From positions 6,448,001 through 6,512,000 of the forward strand of contig JAYWIR010000001.1 of the NCBI GenBank assembly GCA_036172245.1: a stretch of DNA of 64,000 nt, written 5' to 3'. The stretch's first letter is position 1. Each line of letters starts with the position of its first letter. The notes under the pieces are model-generated. The model was not told the DNA's origin. It saw nothing but the letters and a program-made list of their open reading frames with translations, and did not search any database. This document shows, one piece after another, positions 14,901-25,562 of the stretch. The position numbers were made by a program, and so were the translations under genes. Source of the stretch: Raillietiella orientalis (taxonomy: Eukaryota).

Positions 14901-16529
14901 CAGCGGAAACTTCGCCCTCCTTCCTCAGCCATCCATCGGAAGCGGCGATGCTCGGGATGGGGTGGTCCTGCGTGACCCGGCGGTCACCTCTTGCAGCAGC
15001 GCTGTCTGCCCCGAGCGAGCGCGCTAATCACGACAGGTGCCCACCGGCGAGGCGCAGCAGAGATCAAACAGGCAAACCCCTGAGCTCTGGGGCTGGGCAA
15101 CGAACGAACTGGCGCACGCTGCCACTCCTCGCTCCATGGGGAAGCGACTCCTTCGCCGGCCTCCAAACGGTTCCGAGTCACCCTCGAGGACCCCGTGGCG
15201 CGCCCCTCGCGTTCGAACGCTCCCCTGTTCCCTGCGACGTGCGAGCGGGAGGCGCCTCTGTTTCTCCGCTGGAGATTCCAGCGCCATCGGCGCCTCCTCC
15301 AAAGCCAGTGGACGGCACCAGTCCGAAAGCGGGTACGGCGGTTCTTCGCGCCCGGAGCACTCACGACCGGCGCACTGATCGCAACCGCGCCACCGACGCG
15401 ATCCGTTGCGTGGACAAGACGCAGGTGCGTAGCGAAGGTAAGGAAGTCGCAGGGATGGCACGGCTGCCAGGCGGCCTCACCAGGAAGACGAAGCGAAGGC
15501 GGAGATCGCTGGCGTCCGTTCCGAAGTGAACGAGCGCGGCTGGCACCGGTGACGCCCGGTCCCTTTATTTATTTGTTGCCCCCTTCCTTCCGTCCCCCAT
15601 TATTTTCCCATGTCCCGAGCTGCGTGTCGGTGCGCCGACTTCCTTCGCCTTCGGTTGGGTACTTCGCCTCCCGACAGGTTCGTTTCCCCTCCAGTGAGCG
15701 AACTCCCCGCAGGGTTTGACCGCTTGAAAGACACCTGCACGGCGGCCTGCCTCTTACGACCGGATGGTCTTCTCGGCGTCGCCGCCGTCCACGCTCAACT
15801 CCCCGGCCGAGCGCGGTGCTTCGCGCGCCAAGAGCGCCGCCGGCCTTTTCCTCTCTTCCTCAGACGCGTCTCCGAAACAAGAAGCTGCCCGGGCATGTGG
15901 ACCGACGCCATGCCTCTCTCGCGGCCGTGGAGGGCCCCGAACAGCCACTACGACTCTGCAAACTTGCAGCAGATGATTGCTCCGTTCCGTGCTTGCGCTG
16001 TAGTTGGCTTTACGGTGTTTGTTTTCCTCAGCGACGTGCGTGGGAGGTTTCGCGCGCACCCCCGTGCCGCTTGCTTACCATATCCGTCCACCTGGTCTCG
16101 GAGCGAAGGCACGAAGCAAAGATGCCGAAAAAAAACGAGAAGCCTTTCCTTGCTTTTCCGACCGATGAACCAAGTAATCTGGGATGCTGACCTTGACGCC
16201 GCCTTGCTGACGCATGGGCGAGCGCCATCCGTCCGCCGAGGATGCAGTAGGAGTATTTCCTCGCTCTGCTTTCCGAGCGCGCGCCCTGTCGGCTGCAGGA
16301 TGCATCAATGTGCTCATCCCCGTCGCTAGGAAGGTCTTGGTGAATCCGCCGCTTCTTGTCTGCTTCCCAGCCCTGGTGCCTGCTGTGGCCATCACCGATG
16401 TCTTGGACAGGAGGGAGAAGAGCGGGGTGATCCACAGTTCCTGCATTCCTCGTCGCCGCCATAGGACGTGGGATTCCACATCTCGCGCTTGCGGCGTTCG
16501 GACCTTCGTTCGTCATGTGACCAATGGAC
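11087..16529. repeat. Left arm of ~5.4 kb near-identical inverted duplication (partner 23884-29322)
   Basis: The ORF track is mirrored, with identical peptides on opposite strands. Coordinate sums stay at ~40409-40415 (11930/28479, 14367/26046, 16329/24084). Both ends were checked at nucleotide level. Confidence 0.97.
12574..14850 (-). mobile_element. Decayed RLE-type non-LTR retrotransposon (R2-group, NeSL/Utopia-like): RT, CCHC knuckle and restriction-like endonuclease remnants; left copy
   Basis: Mirror image of 25563-27838 with the same motifs. The 5' boundary is approximate. Confidence 0.82.
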
Positions 16530-18141
16530 GAGTCCGCGGCTGGCTCTCGGACTTCGTCTACGTGCTTGAGAGAAGGTCGCGCACCACCCGGAGGCGGTTT
16601 GTGTTCGCCACCCTTGGCTCTCTGCAGGCCGAGGCCCACCTAATCAAGATCAGTCGAGTTCTGTGTTGCTGCTGCTATCTTTCCAGTGACGTTGCAACAG
16701 ACAGACTTAAGCAGTGTGCTGAGTAGTTCAGCTAATTTGCAAAGCTTTGCTCATTTAACGTTTAGTCTTTTTTTTTTCATCAATGTTTGTGAACTATAGT
16801 TTGGGATGAATTAATGAATTTGATGTAACTTTTTCCAAGTGAAATTATTGGTTTACATTTAAGTGTTAACATCCTGGTTTACTGCTAGGAAACGTGTGTG
16901 TTTTAGAGGATATTCTGCATTAGTCATCGAGGAATTTAATCTTAATTTTTGCACTATTATATTTTAAGCGCTCTCTTTGTCCTAATTGATAATCCTCCTT
17001 ATTATCCACTCCTTGATGCAATTAAGGATTACTGTGATCTTTGCTAACTATTCCTTTTTGAGTTCCTTCATCCGAAGGTGCTGGCTGTTGCTCAAACAAA
17101 TAATCCATTTGCAATGCGAAATGACTGAGGTTCATCCCAAATAAAAGCTGAAACTTTGATCCTGAAAGCATTGGGAAGTTATTTTGCTTCTTAACAATAC
17201 AGGAGGAATTTTTGCTAATTGATCCATGCAATGGTTGTCTGGGCACAATGAATACCAACTGATTCTTTTCTAGAATTTTTAACACAAGAAATCTTGGCTA
17301 GCTCTGAATAACCTCAACATCCTGAGGCATTTCCATGTTTTCTGCATGTGACTTCCAAGACAAGGCTGTACTTCATTGGGGAGTTGTCCTTTCAAATGAA
17401 GCAGCACACTTCTAATTCAACAGTTCCACATGGCGGTCTTTGCACAAACTTATTGAATACTAAGTTAATCCTGTGTAACCGCGCTCATTTTGCCACTCAT
17501 AATCTTACGTTTGGTTTAGAGAATGAATGAAGAGTTCAATTCCATTATTTTGTGCTCAAAATTTTCCTTTTTAATAGTTCATTTTCATGTCCTCTCTTGT
17601 GAACATCTTGCACAACTTTAAAGCACGTACTATCAAAAATCCGGTTTATGAAAACCACAAAATATTCCATAAGAAGAATGCAGTTGGACTTTATATGAAA
17701 TTATTTTGGGAATGGCATCACCAAAAAAACCAAAAACAACTGTGAAGTTTTCTATGCACAACTTTGATCATGCAGTCCATTTGCTCCCTGTGTTGACATG
17801 TATTCACATCTTTTATTTGATTCTAGAATTTTCCTCTCATTTCGCTTCATCTGCTTATAAAACATTAAACAGCAGTTGAGTCGGTCATAACAGCTCTCCT
17901 ACTGAAACTGATGATAGAACAAAATTACAATTAGGAACCGATTCTGAACATGTTTAATCCATTTCTTGAGGAGTCACTGATATGATTTTAAAGGATCCTA
18001 ACACAACCAAGGAATAAAGGCATTCCACACCTGGACTTTATGTGAAATGTCTTCCGTTTTTAAGCTGGAACTGAATCATGTTGATTGTGAGCATGTGAGC
18101 TGGATGATACACATGAATGCAATGCAAACAAGAATCAGAAC

Positions 18142-18957
18142 TCAGTTGTTTTTCTCAATTCCAATCGAATCCCCAAGACGAGTGATGAAACTCAAGAGAT
18201 ACATTTGAACACGAATATCTGTTGGATTGTTGGTCACAAAAAATCCTGGTACTCCAGCTTTTTCCAGAGTAACCTGTTGGTCACTGACCTATGCACAACT
18301 CATGTAGCTAACAAACAAAATCTGCATCCTATGCAAACCTTCTGATCAATTTGTAATATCAGTTTCATGTCAAAACGCGTCAATTCTTCTTTAAAATGAG
18401 ATTCAAGCCGTGTTATTTGTGATCGATGCTCTAGAGCAAGTGCTAAAAGTTGTTCCTCCTGATTTTCCTGGGCTGCCAAGGCCACTCTGTATTGTTGCAT
18501 CAGTTTTTCTTTCTCTCCTAATGCAAACAAAATATGTCTAGACAGCCCCAGCACCCACCTCTTTGTTGACATAACAACTGTTGCCGTTGTTGATACAAAT
18601 GTTTTTCAGTAACCTGCTGAATTTCCTCGAGACCATGAACAATCTCAAATACAGTGCCATCCAATAGAGAACTGGCCAATCCTGATAAAGTCTCATAAGG
18701 GATGCGTTGCTGGTACTTGCTGCTTGCTTGCTCACACTTTACTTTTGACACATCTTACTCACAGAGGCAGCTCATGGGCCATTAATTGCAACCTGTCCAT
18801 GTACATGTAAAGCCGCTCTTGACGAGGGTCCACATCCATCAGGGCAATTGCTACAATAAGCTGTTGTATTTCAAGAAACAGATTAATGATTACATCCTGT
18901 GATAGACAATCCAATTTCCCCCCTTCCCCCATCCTCCATGCTGAATTTCACTGTCAT
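18142..18957 (-). CDS. DGCR6: DGCR6 / gonadal (gdl) family protein, 206-212 aa, 5 exons
   Basis: Exons 18957 (or 18939)-18894, 18850-18763, 18719-18559, 18517-18339, 18288-18142, in frame. Motifs 'QERLY', '[45 protein letters not shown]', '[38 protein letters not shown]'. The true start is ambiguous: in-frame ATGs at 18957, 18939 and 18839. Confidence 0.93.
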
Positions 18958-19752
18958 GGCCAAGTTATTTTCTGTCTTACAGACTTTGTTTTCTCTTCCT
19001 GAAACACATGAGCTATGATGCTCCTAATCTACTACTACTTACATTTAACTCATTTTCCAACTTGTTTCTCTTCACTTCTATTGGCTTAATTACTTCATTG
19101 CTGTATCTCTTCAAAATGACTTTTGTAGAGGAATTTGTCAAAGTACCACCATTTGCACAAGTACCAGATGGGGCTGCATTAGGTTTTGATGGAAGTAATA
19201 CTTGTGATTTGAATAATGCTTTCTCCTCAGAATCTTCCTTGTTCAATGGTTCTTCATCAATGCACCTAATGTTCAAAGAATGGAAAGTATGAAAGTATAC
19301 TTTCTTTCATAGTTCTTTTTAATATGTTAATTACATTTCTAGCATAAAACGAAAAAAATTACGAGGAAATTCAAGGGAAAAAAAGAATATTACCTATATG
19401 TTAAACTGCTGCTATGGAATCCTAACACATTCAATTTCCTTTTATGCAAACGCTGTGGTAGTGGAAGTACATATTTCTTATATAAATCAAGTAAAGCACG
19501 ATGACTCAAACGATCCAAATTGATGCCCTTAAAGTAGCGCTAAAAAATTTCAGAAACGTGGCATGTTACATTTCATACATATTTTCACATCATGAAATTT
19601 TTCAGAATAGTTTCCATCAAAAATTGTGGATATTTAACATCGGTAAGGCCAGCATAAATACTATATCATACCTTTTTCAAAATTGCCAATAATAATTTCT
19701 CTGGAAAACATTCAGGATGAGTGAGGTCAACATCTGCAACATTTAGCTCCAT
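18954..19752 (-). CDS. Ashwin (C2orf49-like; tRNA-ligase complex subunit family), 164 aa, 4 exons
   Basis: Exons 19752-19672, 19539-19394, 19265-19043, 18998-18954 give MELNVADVDLTHPECFPEKLLLAILKKRYF...LLDLYKKYVLPLPQRLHKRK...[10 protein letters not shown]. This matches the ashwin signatures L-x-HPE, 'L.DLY....PLPQR' and the C-terminal 'TWP'. The ORF track shows only one exon of it. Confidence 0.87.
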
Positions 19753-22700
19753 TGAAAAAAACCTTTACAGATAATACTGTGACTGATTCATTTACTCAAC
19801 AAAAAACTGCTATTTATAGGATGTCAGCAGTCTAAGTACCAACTGGGTCAAGCACATTGTTAGTTTATACTTGATATGTAATACTGTACATAAAATGTGG
19901 GAAGGTTTTCAGTGGGTGCAGATGTAGTTCCACATAATCTCCACTTCCAATTTTCCAACAACTTTTTTTCTATTTCAATGGATCCTGATAGATGCAATTC
20001 ATGGGTACCTTTCTACCTCCGTTTATCACTAGATTAATAAAAATGATTTGAAATCAGATTTCATGAGAATTAATTTCCATATGAAGCTACATTACGCATT
20101 CACGTTTTCTATCAATGCACACTGCATCCTACTTAAAGAGATTGCTCAATAATGTGCCACTAAACCATATTTTCGATTGATCAAACAAGCATCATGAATT
20201 GTACATAATTATATTGCAAAATTCGAACACAGTTACTCGAAAATGTCATTAAGTCTGCAAAAGGGATCGCCTCAAACCTCCCCCATTCTATCGAGAGCTG
20301 CACGCTCATCGCTTCCAAACAACGATGCAGCTCAGCCTCATTAACTGCATGCCGAGAATAATCGAAATATACATTAAGGGGGGGGAGGGGAACTTTTATT
20401 GTCTTATTTGTTACCAGTCAATGATTGTAAGGGTGTACCTATCAATAATCAACGACCAGAGGCATGACGTGATGCCAAGAACATCCTGAAGCACTCCGCC
20501 TCGTGAGGTGTTGCACCTCCGCAGGAACCACTTGGGCCGGGACGTGGTCTTCTGGGTTTCCCGATGCAGCAGCCCAGGCTCCTTTCAGTCAGTATCCCTG
20601 ATTGACCTGGATGGACCTTTCGAACAAGGAGACCTTAGGGAAGGGACCCTCTGCCCTCCAAATACTTGCTATTCCATGCGATGACTCCCCTCCCCCCCCC
20701 CATTTCATTCAAACGAGATCTTCCGTGGGGACCGGGAACTGGGGAGCTCGGGTGCGTTCGCGTTAGCAAATGTCACAGCCATGAAGATTCGTGGCCACTG
20801 AAAGCAGTGACGGCTCCATCGAAGATCATTTGAACCGAAGCTCACAACCCAGAAGGAACAGCTTCGAGCAGGATTCATGGCAATTTCGTCACCGATAACT
20901 GATACTGATCTTTGCCCACCACAATATAACACAGTTCTTAGGCTGCTTCTCATTTTCAAGTAGAGTGAAGTAGCGAGGGAAAAACAACAACAACAACAAC
21001 CAAAAAAAAAAAAAAAACAATAATAAAACAAGCAACAATAATAAAACGAGCCAGTTTTCTCTTCCTCGTTTTGCAAAAGCAGATAAAGCGGCATGTTGGC
21101 AGAGAGAAATAGTGAGCAGTTTTGAGAACATAAAGAAAATGAATTTTCAAGAAAATCAATCTTTTTTTGGCAAAAAAAGAATAAGCACGCGGTTTTTACT
21201 TCAACAGAAATAGGCGTACGAGAGAGGGAAACACTCCGTGAAGTTATCGAGTCTTTTCAAAATGCTTGGCTGACGTCGCATCACTTCGAGTCGGTTCTAG
21301 AATTGCCTCTTCCACGAGGCACTGTCTGTGTACGGTCTTCGTACGGACCGGAAATCCCTGCCGTGGACATTGGTCAAGAACCCTTGAAATTTCCCAGAGC
21401 CTGCGCGAGGGCACACTTTGGGTACTTCTCCTAAAATCCCAGTGCTCAGGTCTAAAAAAGATCTACAAGATTTTTCTTGGAATCAAACAGATCTGATTAT
21501 GTTTTCCAAAAACACTTGAATGGAAGAGGATTTCTTTCTGGCTGTTCCTGCACTTTCTATTTTTCTATTTCCATTATTCTAAGTTGTTGTGGTGTATTTA
21601 TAAATAAGAAATTTTCATGTTGAAGACTTTCTACATTTGTTTGCTCCAAATCCTTCATGAGTGCCCACTTAGTCGATTCAACTCACGTATTCTTCAAGAA
21701 ATCAGTAGTTCGTAAGCTTGACTTTTCACACATTTCGTGGCTGTAGTAATCATCATATATACGACTATGCCATAAATTTTCAAGCTTATTTGCAACTGAA
21801 CAGCCCATGTCGAGCATCCGACAGTACCACGGAGGCTGACCAGCATAACTGTGCAATGTAAAAATTACTTCTCCATGTTACTTATGTTGTTCTTTGAAGG
21901 TATTCGTATTCCACAATATTATCAATTGCCGAAACTGCCATGTTTTAAAACTTTGTTACTTGTAAAGTCTTCATAACTCTTGGGAACTGAGAAATTGGAG
22001 ACACGTGGTTCGAAGTGCACAGTGGATGCACGGTGATGAAAGTTGGCATTCCAGGTGTGAAGAAATTCCAACATACTAGAGGGAATGTTTCGTTTCTCAA
22101 ATTGCACCAAAGTTCGGTACTGAAACGCAAATCGAGTAAGTTGGAACTAACTAGGCACTCGTGGAGATCGTTAGCCATAAATTTAAATCCAGTTGCATCA
22201 CGGATGCCAAAAAAAAAAAATTGTTCCAAAGGTCAAACTTCCAATGACATTCAAGGGCGGATTTGAGTAACGGAAGAGAAAACTCCATCTTGGAATACAC
22301 TTCAGTTTTCAGCCAAAAAAAAAAAAAAGTAGATTTTCCTCTGTGGACAACATCAAGGACAACCAAGAACCAGCTGCAACCAATAATGTATACGTACTCT
22401 CAGCTTCCCATCAAAAATTTCTTACACTAAAAGCTACCGAAATTCTCAGAACTCTCACTATACTAAAACCTGGATATCTACTGAAAACAGAAATTCGCCT
22501 CCAATATTGATGGTGGACGGACTCACGTGTGACCACGGAAAGTTCCGGGCAAGGAACGACAGACAACCCGGGGTCATTAAAATGAAGCACGCATATACGA
22601 TAAAGACTCATCTCTCATTCCGTAGATTTTGCGCTTTCTCCTGACGCAAAACGGCCAGAGTCCATTCCAGAATTTCACAGCTCCCAGAGCACTGCCACAG

Positions 22701-24489
22701 CACGCAGTGGGCGAAACACCAATAGAAAGAAACCTAAGCCTTCTCAAACACCAGCAATGTTGAGGACGTCCTACCATGAAGACCAGCAAGTTACTGAAGC
22801 ACCCTGCTCTCTGTGCCACCCAAGACGAGTAGAGCCCGTTGCACTCATCTTCATCCTCAAGAAGACAGGCCATAGATGTCCCAGGTGATCATCGTCTGCG
22901 GCTGAGGCATCCAGCCGGTGAGGGACGGATCGGTCTCCTCGTTAGCTGCGAGTCTGTGGCTGCCGGCGGCTGCCGCTCCGCACAACCATCGACCCGGGGA
23001 GCCCCGCTTTTCCGGGACTGATCTCCGACGGAACCGGCAGCGCGCCGGACCCTGCGTATAGCATCCGGGAACACGGATCTTGCGAACGGAGACGGTCCTT
23101 TCCCGAAAGGCCGCGGAGCGCGCACGTGCCGTGGTGCGGAAGGGCGGGGAACTCGCCGCAGCGGCATGCGAGCTGCGCTCCCGCCTGCCTCCTTCTCCCT
23201 GCGTCCACCCTCAGCCTAGCGCGCTTGCGCCAACCACAGCGGATGCCCGCGCTACGCGGATTCCCAGAGCGCGGCGAAAGCGTGGCTGCAGTCCCGGTCC
23301 ACTAGCGCGGTGTGGATCAACCGCGCTGCTGATTCGCGGCTTCGCTTTGCGGGAGCGGCGTTCCGATCCGGCCGTCCCGGAAACGCGGAACCAGAGATGC
23401 GTACACGTGGCCAGCGCGAATCGGAATCCCTTCTGCCTCCTTTGCCGTCTCCGTGCCAGGAAACGCCGAGTCCCGGTGGCGGTGCGGAAAGCAGGAGTCC
23501 ACCAGAGCTGACGCGAGGGAGAGAACCGCGACCCGCGAACGGGCGAGCCTACGACAAAGAGTTCTGTTGCAAGGAAGAGGGAGCGGAAAGCCCAAAATTC
23601 CTGCTGTTCGAGTAAGGATACCCGCGGCCCTCCTTCCACCTCCCTAGCCTAAAACACCTGCGAGAGATCCCCAGCCCCGCTGCTGTTTCCGTGAAGGAAA
23701 TGGCTCGGGAAGATCCTCCCTGGGACATTGACCACGAGAGAATTCTGGATTCCCTGCAATCGAGCCGATCCTCCTCGGTTCGAGGGACCTCGTGGATTCC
23801 CAGTGCTGGGAGGCAGCAATGACTCGCTTCTTCCTTACGCTGGACCGTATCGAAAGCACACTGACAGTAACTCACTCGTCCGTGTCCATTGGTCACATGA
23901 CGAACGAAGGTCCGAACGCCGCAAGCGCGAGATGTGGAATCCCACGTCCTATGGCGGCGACGAGGAATGCAGGAACTGTGGATCACCCCGCTCTTCTCCC
24001 TCCTGTCCAAGACATCGGTGATGGCCACAGCAGGCACCAGGGCTGGGAAGCAGACAAGAAGCGGCGGATTCACCAAGACCTTCCTAGCGACGGGGATGAG
24101 CACATTGATGCATCCTGCAGCCGACAGGGCGCGCGCTCGGAAAGCAGAGCGAGGAAATACTCCTACTGCATCCTCGGCGGACGGATGGCGCTCGCCCATG
24201 CGTCAGCAAGGCGGCGTCAAGGTCAGCATCCCAGATTACTTGGTTCATCGGTCGGAAAAGCAAGGAAAGGCTTCTCGTTTTTTTTCGGCATCTTTGCTTC
24301 GTGCCTTCGCTCCGAGACCAGGTGGACGGATATGGTAAGCAAGCGGCACGGGGGTGCGCGCGAAACCTCCCACGCACGTCGCTGAGGAAAACAAACACCG
24401 TAAAGCCAACTACAGCGCAAGCACGGAACGGAGCAATCATCTGCTGCAAGTTTGCAGAGTCGTAGTGGCTGTTCGGGGCCCTCCACGGC

Positions 24490-24630
24490 CGCGAGAGAGG
24501 CATGGCGTCGGTCCACATGCCCGGGCAGCTTCTTGTTTCGGAGACGCGTCTGAGGAAGAGAGGAAAAGGCCGGCGGCGCTCTTGGCGCGCGAAGCACCGC
24601 GCTCGGCCGGGGAGTTGAGCGTGGACGGCG
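24490..24630 (+). repeat. Dispersed repeat segment related to 41270-41395 (mirrored at ~15783-15923)
   Basis: ggcatggcgtcggtccacatgcccgggcagcttcttgtttcggagacgcgtc...gagcgtggacggcgg aligns by eye with ggcatggcgccggtccacgtcccccgggcagctctcgttggctcggagacgcgtc...gagcgtggacggcgg. Confidence 0.75.
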
Positions 24631-25562
24631 GCGACGCCGAGAAGACCATCCGGTCGTAAGAGGCAGGCCGCCGTGCAGGTGTCTTTCAAGCGGTCAAACC
24701 CTGCGGGGAGTTCGCTCAATGGAGGGGAAACGAACCTGTCGGGAGGCGAAGTACCCAACCGAAGGCGAAGGAAGTCGGCGCACCGACACGCAGCTCGGGA
24801 CATGGGAAAATAATGGGGGACGGAAGGAAGGGGGCAACAAATAAATAAAGGGACCGGGCGTCACCGGTGCCAGCCGCGCTCGTTCACTTCGGAACGGACG
24901 CCAGCGATCTCCGCCTTCGCTTCGTCTTCCTGGTGAGGCCGCCTGGCAGCCGTGCCATCCCTGCGACTTCCTTACCTTCGCTACGCACCTGCGTCTTGTC
25001 CACGCAACGGATCGCGTCGGTGGCGCGGTTGCGATCAGTGCGCCGGTCGTGAGTGCTCCGGGCGCGAAGAACCGCCGTACCCGCTTTCGGACTGGTGCCG
25101 TCCACTGGCTTTGGAGGAGGCGCCGATGGCGCTGGAATCTCCAGCGGAGAAACAGAGGCGCCTCCCGCTCGCACGTCGCAGGGAACAGGGGAGCGTTCGA
25201 ACGCGAGGGGCGCGCCACGGGGTCCTCGAGGGTGACTCGGAACCGTTTGGAGGCCGGCGAAGGAGTCGCTTCCCCATGGAGCGAGGAGTGGCAGCGTGCG
25301 CCAGTTCGTTCGTTGCCCAGCCCCAGAGCTCAGGGGTTTGCCTGTTTGATCTCTGCTGCGCCTCGCCGGTGGGCACCTGTCGTGATTAGCGCGCTCGCTC
25401 GGGGCAGACAGCGCTGCTGCAAGAGGTGACCGCCGGGTCACGCAGGACCACCCCATCCCGAGCATCGCCGCTTCCGATGGATGGCTGAGGAAGGAGGGCG
25501 AAGTTTCCGCTGATGTGCAGCAACCCCCTCCTGCCGCCGAGCGGTAAGGTTCAGGGGTAGGC

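Noticed and set aside
20378-20701. G8AG4 ... C4TC10 inverted termini suggesting a ~320-bp MITE
   Set aside because: Low-complexity match with no clear target-site duplication and no second copy in the window.
21922-22229. Possible hAT C-terminal dimerisation remnant ('ELWCNLRNETFPLV', 'HFEPRVS')
   Set aside because: The resemblance is too weak to call without a profile search.
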